Assembly: GCA_043228905.1 (NCBI GenBank) | Contig: JBHGNT010000013.1 | Location: 19,096,001 to 19,160,000 of the forward strand | Length of the DNA stretch: 64,000 nt | Direction: 5' to 3' | Source: Azolla caroliniana | Lineage: Eukaryota; Plantae; Polypodiophyta | Shown here: positions 39,701-51,667 of the stretch, in pieces | Layout of the letters: each line of letters begins with the position of its first letter | Numbering within the stretch: position 1 is the first letter of the stretch | Made by a program: the position numbers and the translations under genes | Notes under the pieces: model-generated | What the model was told of the DNA's origin: nothing | What the model saw: only the letters and a program-made list of their open reading frames with translations | Database searches by the model: none

Positions 39701-41927
39701 GAGGTCTCGTTTCTCTTGGTGCTGATGTCGGGTGTGATGCGGCTGCTTGTTTGCCATACTGGCAATGCTCGCAGAATTGATGGTCGGAGAAGGAGAGTTT
39801 GGGGATGTATCCGGCTCTAGATAGATGCGTAATGCCGGCCTTGCTGAGGTGTCCTAATCTTCTATGCCATAGTGATGACACAGGAATATCCACCAAAAAC
39901 AGGTTACCCTCTCTGAGCGTAACATGTAACGGATACAGTGAGTGTATCTTGGGTCCTCTAGCAAGCAGGAGGTTCCCCCTGTGGAGTGTCCACCCTCCCG
40001 AAGAAAAACCGGCACGAATGCCGTCTTCATCTAGTTGTCCGACTGAGATCAATGGCCTTGAGAGCTCGGGTACATGTCGGACATTGTGGAGTACAAGTGT
40101 AGAGCCCCCTGCAAGGTTGAGCTCTACTGTGCCGATTCCGATGATGTCACAGTGTTGTGAGTTGCCGACTCGAACTGAGTCGGAGTGACGGATCGTATAT
40201 TGCCGAAATTGGGATCGATGAGGAGTCACGTGAAATGACGCGCCCGAATCTAAGAGCCATGTGCTCGACTCTTCAGTCGTGAGTAGAACTTCTGATCCGA
40301 CTGGATTTTCGATTGATAATATATTCGGGTCGTCTGGTAGCACATCAGCTGAGAAGCTGACGTAATTGATCTCCTCATGCCGGCCACTCTTCTTGTTGTT
40401 CTTGTTCTTGAGTGCGCGGCAGTCGGCTTTGATGTGTCCGGGTTTCTTGCAATAGTTGCAGATTCGGTTATCCCGTGACTGGTTCCGTCTTCGCTGATTG
40501 TTCGGCGGCCGTGAGGAATCTCTTCCTCGTATGTTCGATCGGTCTGTCGAACCTTGTACTACATAAGCGTCGTCTGTTGAGTCTTTGGCGAAAGACTTTC
40601 TCCGAGCTGCTTCGGTCAGGATTGCGCTCGTGACTTCGGAGTATTTAACAGCCGTGGTTGACGCGTTGCACACGGTTGTGACGAAAGTTTCCCATGATGA
40701 GGGAAGGCTACTCATGAGTATCATTGCTCTGAGTTCATCCTCGATTGCCGTCCCCTGTGACGAGATTTGGGAGCTTATGCTTTCGTACTCATTGAGGTGT
40801 GCTTGAACCGAGTCAGATTCTTTCATCCGCAAGTTGTAGAGGCGCCGGATCAGAAACATCTTTGTTGCGGCGACCTTCTTTTCGTAAGTGTCCGACAGTG
40901 TTTTCCACAGTTCGAATGCTGTCGTACACGATTGCACCGTAAAGTATACCGATTCCGATAGGTGCATCCGAATCGTGGCGCGGACGATTCTGTCCAGCTT
41001 CTGCCACTCAATTGGTTTGTATCCTTCTGGAGGTTCTTCATTTTCGATGGGATCGATTTGCCCCTTGACTATGAGATAGTCCTGCATTTGTTCCTTCCAG
41101 AAGTTGAAGTTCGATCCATCGAACTTGCGTAGACTCATTTCTGACGAGCCGGATGTTGATGCCATCAAATTTGGTTTCGGTTGACGGAGCTCGGTTCGGA
41201 GTTGACTACGAACCTTGTTGGAGTGCAGCCGGTTGGCTCACCCGATATCGTTCTAGTCGGATTTGAACCCGAGTCGGTTCGGCTTCGGAACTTGCTCGAA
41301 TTGACTCCGGTAGCTTGAGGGACAGAACCGACTGGTCTTCCCGAATGTTGCCGAGTCGGAGTGAGCCCGGTTCGCTTCGGATATATATGCCGAATACCGA
41401 TTATTGAAACCGATTATCTGGACCGATTCTGCTTCGGTTGACTGCAGCAACGAGAGAGACGGATCCAACTGATCCTCCCGAATGTCGATCAGCCAGATGA
41501 AGCACGAATTTGGGGTTGTTGTCTTAAGACCGATCTGCACCGAGTGGTTACAATGAGCGGCGTTTGATTACCTCTTCGGATGCCGTTTAACCGGGTGGAG
41601 CACGATCGTGTCAATGTTGCACAAGGGGATTTCACCTCGAGCGGTTACGATCACAAGGGACAGAGTACAACCTGCTGGCTTACTCCAAGCGAAGATGATC
41701 TAACGCGATGAGATGCAAGCCTCGTTTCTCTTCTTCTTCTCTCTTCTTCGAATGACGCAGGAAACCGAATGCTGTGCAGGCTGAGACGACGGCCGACAGC
41801 AGATTGAAGGACCGACTACTGTGCAGGCTCTGATACCAGATGTTGTAGACGAGGTCGTCTATGCGGAAGATCAAGAAGCATTCGATTGCTGTTGAGTACC
41901 TGCGTATAACAGAATCATAGATCGTGC

Positions 41928-41972
<45 letters not shown>

Positions 41973-42143
41973 CACAAAAGACTTTCTTATTCAACAAAGC
42001 AATAATACAACACCCAACCTTACAAAAAGGTTACAAGGTCACTATATATAGTGACCGACTTAGGGCAACTACCCTTTATGCTAATTACACAAATGGCCTA
42101 AAGGGATAGTGTGAATACGTCCATTATACACTTGTATTCGACA
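36664..42143 (-). mobile_element. Intact young Ty1/copia (Tnt1/Tork-like) with 5-bp TSD GTGTG
   Basis: LTRs 36664-36958 and 41841-42143 differ by 2 substitutions plus (GA)n length. PBS-Met 41826-41838; PPT 36959-36965; TSD 36659-36663 and 42144-42148. Confidence 0.98.
37152..41165 (-). CDS. Uninterrupted copia gag-pol polyprotein (1337 aa from the ATG at 41165)
   Basis: CCHC CNYCKKPGHIKADC, protease WLLDSGAS, integrase (HSDVCGP, RTDNGGE, NGIAE), RT IYVDDM, RNase H GYTDSD. Confidence 0.97.
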   Translation of the reverse strand: MASTSGSSEMSLRKFDGSNFNFWKEQMQDYLIVKGQIDPIENEEPPEGYKPIEWQKLDRIVRATIRMHLSESVYFTVQSCTTAFELWKTLSDTYEKKVAATKMFLIRRLYNLRMKESDSVQAHLNEYESISSQISSQGTAIEDELRAMILMSSLPSSWETFVTTVCNASTTAVKYSEVTSAILTEAARRKSFAKDSTDDAYVVQGSTDRSNIRGRDSSRPPNNQRRRNQSRDNRICNYCKKPGHIKADCRALKNKNNKKSGRHEEINYVSFSADVLPDDPNILSIENPVGSEVLLTTEESSTWLLDSGASFHVTPHRSQFRQYTIRHSDSVRVGNSQHCDIIGIGTVELNLAGGSTLVLHNVRHVPELSRPLISVGQLDEDGIRAGFSSGGWTLHRGNLLLARGPKIHSLYPLHVTLREGNLFLVDIPVSSLWHRRLGHLSKAGITHLSRAGYIPKLSFSDHQFCEHCQYGKQAAASHPTSAPRETRPLDLVHSDVCGPMLHQSLGGASYFVSFIDDSTRKVWAYPIRTKDRVFSIFTDWLAMVENQTDRKLKCLRTDNGGEFKSEEFVKFCRQRGIRREFTAPHSPEQNGIAERMNRTIQERIVSMLQHSGLSDGFWAEALLTAVHIINMSPSRPLGLQIPQELWIGSKPNYDKLRIFGCEAYALIPKDDRRKLAPRSRKCIFLGYGSNGEMGYRLWDPERRQIVRSSDVVFNESAMNPSVEKPIEVRRVTFSDVPTLQEGPALNTRSASRVAEPYTTDSDNSDSAQQNNPLLDHPTSIPDATNPIIPRRSERLSQPPERYSPGIFFTDAGEPTSYEEASTSVDSATWHLAMESEMHSIRANKTWDLVELPRNRRALPCKWVYRLKETSDSTTPKYKARLVAKGFRQEYGVDFDEIFSPVVKMTTLRFLLGVVAADNLELIQLDVKTAFLHGDLEEEIYMEQPKGFVAPGQEHLVCRLRKSLYGLKQAPRQWYKKFDDFIQSIGFSKSDEDHCLFTNTAQDGSPIFLIIYVDDMLISGRHAGELADLIRQLRLKFAMKDLGPARHILGMKISRHRDKRHLFLSQNDYIGRVLERFNMQSAKSASTPLPMNLRLSQRDCPTSGPEGEDMKSVPYAPAVGSLMYLMVATRPDISHAVGVVSRFMHNPGRSHWNAVKHVFKYLAGTKDHGILFGPNRTSGVVGYTDSDFAGCIDSRKSTTGYCFKFGNGAISWKSKLQECTATSTTEAEYVAASDAAKEALWLGRLAHTFRQVDHDSAPVVYSDSQGAVALSKNPVHHNASKHIDVQYHFVRDCVISGKIGLEKISTTDNVADGMTKCLSADRFRSLRHQMGVTTNQSG

Positions 42144-43860
42144 GTGTGATGCCCTTGGATCGATCAATGTCGTCATTGACGAGGATGAAATGGTGCAAAT
42201 ATGCCTCAATGGCCTAGCACCATGATTCGCCGCCATCAGATCCTCCCTCCTTTTTGGACCTTCAATCAATACCGTTGGTTGAAGAAAGTCATGCCCGACA
42301 AAGGATCAATGCACTCGATGGTTAGATGCTCTATTCCCAATCGGATGATGGAAGAGGATTTGGCCAAGGAAATAGAGGCTGATTTGGTCGAGACCGATAT
42401 TGTCAGCTGACCTGAGAACGCAATTCCCATCATTGCCAAGAGGCTAGAAACACTCCTAGGGAGTTCGGCAAAAAGGGGAGCCATCCTGCCGGACCGAGCC
42501 ACCAAAACAGCCCGATCGAATGCGGGTATTGAGGAAAACTCGACCACTACGAAGAGGAGTTTCGAAAGAAGAAACGAGAGTCGGCTTTGACTAGCCGACA
42601 ACTCACAAACTATGCCATGAATTCCAATTATGATGATCATGGAGGGATGTTCGTAATGAGGCATAAAGCGCATTCGATGTCGACACAGGGTGCGATTAGT
42701 ACCGCTCCCCCAGACGATGTATGGTTTGTAGACTCTGGAGCGTCCAATCACATGATGTCTCATGAAGATCGGTTTGGAGAGTTGAGAAAGCCCGATCAAC
42801 CTGGCTATGTCGAAACTGGAGATGACACAACTCACCCGATTCGGCATATCGGAAATGTCCCATTTGGGAACGACGACAAACAAACCTACCTAAAGAACGT
42901 CCTGCATGTTCCAACCATCACGAAAAATCTGGTCTCAATTGGCCAGGATGTTGAACAAGGCATGCAAGTATGATTCAATAATGATGGGTGCTTTATTGAA
43001 AAAGAAGGCCAACTAGTAGCTCACGGTCGAAGAGAAGGCTGGATGTTCATCCTCGAATCAAATGAGGTGAAGTCGGCTTTGTTCGCAAAAGGCCCCAAAG
43101 TCGAAACAGACTTGAAATTGTGGCACAAACGAATTGGCCACATCAACCTCCAGAAGCTCAAAGGCATGTAGTCGAAAGGAGTCGTGATCGGACTCCCGAA
43201 TTTTACGAAAAAGGAGATGGTAGGTGTATGTAAAGCGTGTTAGTTTGGCAAATAACACTGACAACTGTTCCCGAAAGAGAGGAACGTGAGCAAAGGGATC
43301 CTGGATGTAGTACATTCAGATGTATGGGGATCGACACAAACAACCACATTCGGCGGATGCCGATATTATGTCACGTTCATCGACGACTTCTCCATACACA
43401 CCTGAATCTACCCTATGCGGCAGAAGAGCAAAGTGTTTGAACACTTCCAAAAATTCAAAAATGGAGTCGAAAAGGAAACAGGTCGGCATGTCCAATGCCT
43501 TCGATCAGACAGAGGCAAGGAGTACTTCTCGGAGGAATTTACAACTTATCTCCGAAAGGAAGGAATTCGACAAGAGTTCTCGTGCCGGCACACCCCTGAG
43601 CAAAATGGAGTAGTCGAACGGAAGAATCGGCACATAGTACAGGTGGCAAGGGCAATGATGAACGAAAAGAACCAGTCGAAGTCATACTGGGGCAGAAGCG
43701 GCTAACACAGTTGTTCACCTTATGAATAGGTGTACAACCTCGGGGGTACACGATGTAACCCCAAATGAGATGTTCTTCGGAAAGAAGCTAGATTTATCCC
43801 ACGTTCGGATATTCGGTTCAATTGCATATGTACACATACCGACGAGAAGCGACAAAAGCT

Positions 43861-43996
43861 TTCTCGATTAGGATTTTCCACATAAACATTCAGTGTCATC
43901 TTTGTTGTCTGTGTAAAGTTGCATTGCTTATTTCTGCGTATTTCCTCCATTGTGAGTGTAAACGTAAGTGTTTGCGGAAGCGTAAAACAGAGAACA

Positions 43997-44043
<47 letters not shown>

Positions 44044-47000
44044 CAGAGAGAGCAGAACACAATTTCAAAATTATATTAAGACTCTGTATACACACTGTGC
44101 TAAGTAGCACTATTTATACAAGTCCTCTTGGGACTGACAGAAGTACCATGTACTTCAATGCTCACACGAGCATCTAACACTTACTACGAGACTATAGCTA
44201 CCTAGTAGTCTATCCTATACTAGGCTTCCGATTGGACTTCCGGTTACGGATTGCACCCGGCCTCCACTGCTTGCCGGTTCGGTTGCTCACCGTCATACCG
44301 ATCCATTTCGCCCGATCCGTCTCGCTTACCGGCTCCGGCTTATTCAGCCGATCCGGCTCCGGTTGAGCTTGCCGCTCAACACTCCCCCTCAAGCTCAACC
44401 TGAGGTGGGGTCGTAGTGTCGACCTCTGTGGCAGTCGGTTCTTCCAACCGACTTCTCCTGGCGTCACTCTGCCTTGCTCGCGCTCCTCGTCCGGTCCGGT
44501 CCGGTTTGTCGCGACCCCTTTGGTTCTGCGCGCCTCGACCCTCTCGGTCGGCATGTCTGCTCAATAGGCCCATCTCAGCACTCACGTTGTTGTGACTCCG
44601 GCGCTTGCCAATCCGTTGGTTCTCCCACGATGGCATCGACTTCCGCTGTGTCTGTGTCCCCTTGGCCTTCAGTCGATCCGACTCATCTAGATCCATCTGT
44701 TGATCCGAGTCAGCTATCTCCGACTCGTTCCAGCTCTTGTCCGAATCGGTACACTCCGATTCGACTTCCGGCTTTAGGCCTCTCACCACATCGGACCACT
44801 TCCGAGTCTTGGCCTTCTCCATGCTTCCCTCGGCTTCTTCAGCCGGTGAACCGAAATCGAATTCTTCATTCGACTCTGTATCATGGTCAGTACCGTCGTG
44901 ATGACCTCTGCACAGCATGCACTTCTCTTCCTGAGTGCACAACTCTTCTTCACAGCCGCTTGCTCTGACCTGTTCGGATGTGTCGACTTCCTTCGTCGAC
45001 TCGGCTTCCTTCATCTTCTTGTCTCCTCTTCTTCCGGCTCTCCTCTTACCGACGAGTTCAACAGGTTTTTGGCCTTTGCCCGTTCCGATAGAGACTTGGC
45101 CCTTGCTTCTCCCCCTCAAGTGCGGCACGTCGAGATGCTGAATACCAAGCATGTCGGTAAAGTGCTGCAACTTGTCCGATCCGAGCGGCTTGGTGAAGAT
45201 GTCGGCAACTTGCCGATCCGTATGAACATACCGTAGGTCAACTTCTCGCTCAGGACCCGCTCACGCACGAAGTGGTAGTGCACCTCGATGTGCTGTGTGC
45301 GAGCATGGAACACAGGGTTCCTGGCGAGCTGCAGGCTGCTCATGTTATCGCAGTAAATCAGGATCGGGGTCGGTACCTCGATCCGCAAGTCTCGCAGCAG
45401 TCGCCGAAGCCAGATGGCTTCACAAGTGGCAACGGTAGCGGCTCGGTACTCAGCCTCAGTGCTTGACAAAGCCACTATGGGCTGCTTCTTGCTGCTCCAC
45501 GCAACGGCCGCGCTACCCATGGAGAACATGTATCCGGAAGTGGAGCGACGATCAGACGCATCGCCGGCCCAAAGAGCATCTGTGTAACCGACAAGCTCTT
45601 CGGGTAGACCTCGCCGGTATAGCAGTCCCCGGTCCTTAGTGCCGCTGACATACCGTAATATTCATTGCGCGCACTGAAGGTGCTCCATGGTCGACTTCTG
45701 CATGAACTGACTTACCATCCTGACCGGATAGCTGATGTCGGGTCGGGTGATGGTTAAGTAGATTAGGCTTCCGACAACCTGTCGGAACCGTTTCTCATTG
45801 CAGGCCGGTCCGGAGTTGGGACGGAGCTTCTGGTTCCGGTCCAGGGGTGTGGAGACAGGTCGGCAATCCGTCATGCCGAACTTATACAGCATATTTAACA
45901 CGTAATGTCGTTGTGAGAGCAATATGCCGTCGGGGGTCCGGATCACTTCGATCCCAAGAAAATAATGAAGGTCCCCCAGGTCCTTCATTTCGAATGTGTC
46001 CGACAACTGGGACTTGACGCGGTTGATTTTGGGAAGACCCGGTCCGGTGATGACTAAATCATCCACATACAAGAGTATACATACTGGACCGTCAGAGCTT
46101 TGCCGGATGAACAACGAAGAGTTCGACTTAGAGACAACAAACCCCAGCTTACGCAACCGATGCGTGATCTTCGCGTTCCAAGATCGGGGGGCTTGATTCA
46201 AGCCGTAAAGCGACTTCTTCAGTCGGCATACCGCCGACTTGTTCATCTCCGATTGAAATCCGGGGGGCTGAGTCATAAAGACTTCTTCTTCAAGCTCTCC
46301 TTGAAGGAAGGCGTTCTTCACATCCATCTAGTGAAAATGCCACCCCCTTGCCGCAGCAACCGCCAGTACCACACGAACCGTCGTCATCTTCGCTACAGGA
46401 GCAAAGGTCTCGTCGTAGTCGATTCCGTGGGTTTGCGCGTATCCCTTCGCCACTAACCGGGCTTTGTACCGGTTAACAGAACCGTCGGCGTTGTACTTGA
46501 CCTTGTACACCCACTTGCATCCGATCGGTTTACAGTGACAAGGAGGATCAACTAGGTCCAAAGTTTCGTTGGCATCGAGTGCCCGCATTTCTTCGTCCAT
46601 AGCGGCACGCCAATTTGCGTCCTTTGCCGCTTCTGAGTAGCTCTCCGGCTCACGCACTTCTGTCACCTTAGTCCTGTACGCATAATGATGCGCCATGTAT
46701 TCATTGTACCCGTACCGCATGACGGGATCCTTCTGGCGGGTTGATTGGCGCAACGCACCATCACTTGATTTGAGTCCCTTCTTGGCCAGTTCGGTCTTCG
46801 TTGCTGAAGATCCGCCTTTTTCTTTTCCGGAGTCGGATACGCACCGATCCGACTCATCGTTGCCGGTTTCGAATTCCGGCATCTTCCTCTTCCCCTTCTC
46901 TTTGCGCGTGAACCGTTTCCTCGGTTCCTTGCGTGGGGAGAGCACGGCAGAGTCTCCACCACTTGCCGTCTCTTCATCTGACTGGTCCAACTGACTCAGT

Positions 47001-49544
47001 CGCTCTTCGGTCCACTCAACCGTAACGATTCCGGACCTCTTGAGTCCAGGCTTCATCATCCTCTGTCAGGGCTGATTCAAGCTCACTGGCCTGATCTTCC
47101 GACATTGGGTCGGGATCGGAAGTCGGAGTCGGGACGGAGTACCAGGATGCCGATTCGTCGAACTCGACATCCCGGCTAATTCGGACTTCCTTCGTCCGGG
47201 GGTTATAGCACTTATACCCCTTTTGCTCTTGAGCATAGCCGACTAGGATGCATTTTTCCGATTTTGCATCCAACTTTCTCCGCTTCTGATCCGGCACATG
47301 CACATACGCTATGCTACCGAATATCCGAAGGTGTCTTAAGTTCGTCTTGCACCCGAAATACAACTCATGAGTTGACACCTTGTCACCAATGCGGTTTTGT
47401 ATGTAGACGGCGTCCGGACCGCCTTCACCCAGTAGAACCGGGGCATGCTCTTCTCCTCCAACATTGCCCTTGCCGCTTCGACGAGTGTCCGGTTCTTCCT
47501 TTCGGCCACACCATTTTGCTCCGGTGTGTATCTGCAGCTGAACTCTCGCCGAATTCCCTTCTGCTGCAGATAACTAGTGAATTGGCCTGAAAAATATTCC
47601 TTTCCGCCATCCGACCGAAGGCATTTGATCTTCCTCTCCGATTCCCGTTCCACCATCTTCTGGAGGCTCCGGAAACAGTCGAAGACTTCGCTCTTCCGCT
47701 CAATGAGGTAGATCCAAGTATGTCGAGTATAGTCGTCGATGAAGGAGACGAAGTATCGGCTCCCGCCAAGGCTTACACTTTGTGCCGGTCCCCACACATC
47801 CGAATTGATGAGATCGAGCTTGTTACGGCTCCGGTTCCGTTTGGTGGGGAATGGAAGCCGGTGTTGCTTCCCAAGTTGGCAGGCTTCACAAATTTCGGCT
47901 CTCCGGCCGCTGAACTTCGGCAAACCGGAAACGACTTGTTTCGTTTGCAGGTCTTGAAGCCTCTGGTAGTTGACGTGGCCTATCCGCTTGTGCCACAGGT
48001 CGATGTCCGACTCGACCTGCTGTCGTTTCGCGAACAGAGCGGTGCCAAAGTCATTGGTGTTGAGGATAAACATCCTCCCGTCTCTGCGCCCTTGCGCAAT
48101 GACTTCGCCCTCATCCTCAATGAAGCACCCGAGGTGCGTAAACCGCACCTGCATCCCCTGGTCGACAATCTTACCGACGGACACCAGGTTCTTCGTGATT
48201 GTCGGAACATGTAATACGTTCATTAGCTTCCCTTTCTGTCCGACGTGGCTTAGAGGGACCTCTCCGACGTGCACGATTGGGTGAGGAGTGTTGTCTCCGG
48301 TTTCAACTACTCCTGATTGATCCGGTTTCTCCAGAAAAGAGAACCACTCTTTGTGGCTCGTCATGTGGTTCGACGCGCCGGAATCAACATACCACACTTC
48401 CTCCGTTTTGGAAGTGGTCTTCTTCATTGAGTTTGCCTTGTGATTCATCACCAAGGCTGGCCCCTTACCGGCCTTTCCGGTTCTGGATCCTCCTGATCCG
48501 TTTGCGTAGTGCGAGTTTTGCCGGCCATCCTTACCGGTCTTGCCGGATCCAGATTTGTCCGAATCGGCACGCTTTCTCCAGCACTCGCTTTCCATGTGGC
48601 CTTTTTTGCCACAGTACTAGCATTCCGTAGCGGATCTGTCTTGCCGGCCTCCGGCACCGCCTTGACTCCCCCTGCTTGTGGAAGTCCCGGAACTGCTGTC
48701 GGCACGTTCATAGTGCCTCCGTTCCTGCTCTTGCCGGTCGCCTCCATTGCGTGCCGACCCACCTCTTCCACTACGCCCACGGAACCAATCCGTTCCCGTG
48801 TACAACATTCGGCTGTTCGGGGATGCACTGGTAGATGCACCGGCGTGGTTCTCCTCTACAAGGAGCATCGACTGTAAGTCGAAGAATGAGGGGGTATTCT
48901 CCCTTGTACACACCGCAGTCCGGAACGCTCCGAACTTGGACGCCAGGCCTCCGAGATATACCTGCACCATCTCGTCTTCCTCTACGGTAACATTGATAGA
49001 GGCAAGCGAGTCGCATATCTCCTTTATCCGGCCCGTGTAGTCTGCCACGGACATGTCCTTCTGTCGAACATTGCTCAACTCCTGTCTGAGTTGCAGCTTC
49101 CGGGCAGTGGTGCTTGCGGCGAAAACCTTTTTCAGGTTCCCCCAAGCATCCTTCGGTGTCTTGGCGTCACGGATGTGGCTGAGTAGCTGATCGCTGACAT
49201 TGGACGCGAAGCAGTACATCACCCTGCTTGCCACCTGTTCCCATACCGGGAAGTCCTTGTGTGCCGAGTCGGGTGCCGCATCATTCGCTCCTTCGACATA
49301 ACTCCAGTACCCGTGTCCAAGCAGGTACTGGTGCATCTTGTAAGACCAGGATGCGTAGTTGCTCCTGTTGAGCTTCTTCACCGGGAGCGACGTAGCCATG
49401 CCTCTATCCATGTCTTCTACTGTGTCTGTTTTCGACCTGTTAGGGTTTTCTTCTCAAGAGTAAATGTCTGCAGCAGAGGTTCTCAACCCTCGCGCTCTGA
49501 TACCATGTAAACATAAGTGTTTGCGGAAGCGTAAAACAGAGAAT

Positions 49545-49590
<46 letters not shown>

Positions 49591-51556
49591 TAGAGAGAGC
49601 AGAACACAATTTCAAAATTATATCAAGACTCTGTATACACACTGTGCTAAGTAGCACTATTTATACAAGTCCTCTTGGGACTGACAGAAGTACCATGTAC
49701 TTCAATGCTCACACGAGCATCTAACACTTACTACAAGACTATAGCTACTTAGTAGTCTATCCTATACTAGGCTTCCAATTGGACTTCCGGTTACGGATTG
49801 CACCCGGCCTCCACTGCTTGGTGGTTCGGTTGCTCACCGTCATACCGATCCGTTTCGCCCGATCCGTCTCGCTTACCGGCTCCGGCTTATTCAGCCGATC
49901 CGGCTCCGGTTGAGCTTGCCGCTCAACAGTGAGTTTGAGACTCGGTTGTGGCTGAGCGCACTTCTTCACAAACTGGTATCAGAGCATGGAAGATCCATTC
50001 GGCAACATGTTCAAGGTCACCGGCTCCAACTACCTAGTGTGGAAGTCGAAGATGATGGACATGTTGGTGGTGAAAGATGTCGGGCTGCCGGTATAGTTTA
50101 GAGACAAAAGACCAGATAAAATTGATGTTGCGAACTGGGAGGTGATGCACATGAAGACGACGGCATACATTCGATGCATCATCGACGTGAGCCTGTACAA
50201 CAACTTCAACGAAGAAAGTAAGACCCATGTGCTTTGGGAGAAAATCGGCACCATGTTGGAGAGCAAGAACGCCGAAATTTGGGATTTGGTATTCCGGAAG
50301 TTAGTGAGACTCTGATACCAAGACAGATCCAGCATGGCAGAACACATGAATGCATACTAGGGACTGATAAACCAAACAACCTTGTTGGAAGTACCTCTAG
50401 CCGACGAGGTACTCAAGTTGCTGTTGCTCGGTCCCCTCCCAGATAGTTGGGAGACGCTAGTTGTCACTTTGGGCAACGCCAGGCCGGAAGGAAAACAGTT
50501 ATCCCTAGCAAGGGTAAAATCAAGCTTGCTGGATGAAGAAGCTCGCCTGAAGGACCGGGAGTCCAAAACCGAACCGAAGGCTTTGGTTATGACAAACGCC
50601 ATAATTGGGGAAGAGGCCGGAATCGGAGTCCCCAGAACCGGGACAAATCAGGGATGAGGTCGAAGTCAAGGGGGAGGCCCAGTTGCTTTTATTGTAGAAA
50701 GTTGGGGCACTTCCAGAAGAATTGCCGACACTTCTGGATTCCGGAAGGAGAAAGGAACCGACAATGCCGATTCAAAGAAGGGTCTGGACCCGAGAAATTC
50801 GGATCGGAAAGGAATGTCGACAATCGCGATAAGTGAGGAAGAATTGTTGCTGATCACCGAGGAGAGTGAGCTACATCTTGTCAGCGACGAGATGACATGT
50901 GTGGTCGACTCCGAAGCATCATTCCATCTGACCCCCGACCAAAAGTGGTTCACATCCTACATAGCTGGACATCATGATTGTGTCTGGATGGGGAATTGTA
51001 ATGGCTTGGTTCTAAGGAATCTTTGAAAGTAAAGTTAGCGTGAGGGATGAAAAGAATGAATGTTTGTGTTCAGGTGTTGGAGCGGTGTTGTGTGTATTTT
51101 TTTTGTTGTGCATGGCAGATTGTCGGCATAGGATACGTGTGGTTGTCGATGTCAACCGGGTGCAAGTTGTTGCTGAAAGATGTCTGACACATTTCGGAGG
51201 TTCGGTTGAACATGATATCAGCCGGTCAGCTAGATGATGAAGGCTACACGAGCAACATCCGGAACGGAGTCATGAAGTTCAGCAAAGGAAGCTTGATTGT
51301 GGCCCGAGCCCGGAAGATCACCACCCTGTACCTGATGCATGCTCAGATATGCCGGGAAGAAGTGAACGTGGCATCCAACAATGTAGGTGAGTTGTGGCCC
51401 AAAAGGTTGTGCCACATGAGCCAGAAGGGGATGCGAAGACTTGCCGAAGACAACCTCATTCCGTAGGTGAAAGACGTGCAGCTTGAGAAGTGCACCGACT
51501 ATTTGGCCGGAAAGCAGAACCGAACCTCCTTCCAAACTTGACCACCATTGAGACGG
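43861..51556 (+). mobile_element. Second Tnt1/Tork-like copia fragment (partial LTR 43861-43956 + 49929-49970, PBS 49974-49985, decayed gag-protease-integrase start)
   Basis: MEDPFGNMFKVTGSNYLVWKSKMMDML is homologous to the gag of the 33174 element; CFYCRKLGHFQKNC; interrupted at 51557 by a gypsy LTR. Confidence 0.85.
43957..49928 (-). mobile_element. Full-length decayed Ty1/copia (family A, copy 2) with 5-bp TSD GTGAG
   Basis: LTRs 43957-44381 and 49506-49928 (about 10 substitutions counted by eye); PBS 49494-49505; PPT 44382-44393; TSD 43952-43956 and 49929-49933; gag-pol in fragments 49411-44376. Confidence 0.97.
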
Positions 51557-51624
51557 TGCCGCGGTGTTACGCTTGTGCGTAAGGAATAAGGCGGGATCAC
51601 GGGGATCCTGAACCAAGGAGTGTA

Positions 51625-51667
<43 letters not shown>

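Larger units (their letters stand above)
35884..43860 (+). mobile_element. Decayed copia related to family A (LTR 35884-36160, PBS 36161-36172), split by the 36664-42143 insertion and 3'-truncated
   Basis: gag MGSTLPTEKLDRKNF.SWEY.MHQYLL; KELC|DALGSINV is rejoined across the insertion; protease WFVDSGAS; integrase to about 43860. No RT or 3' LTR. Confidence 0.88.
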
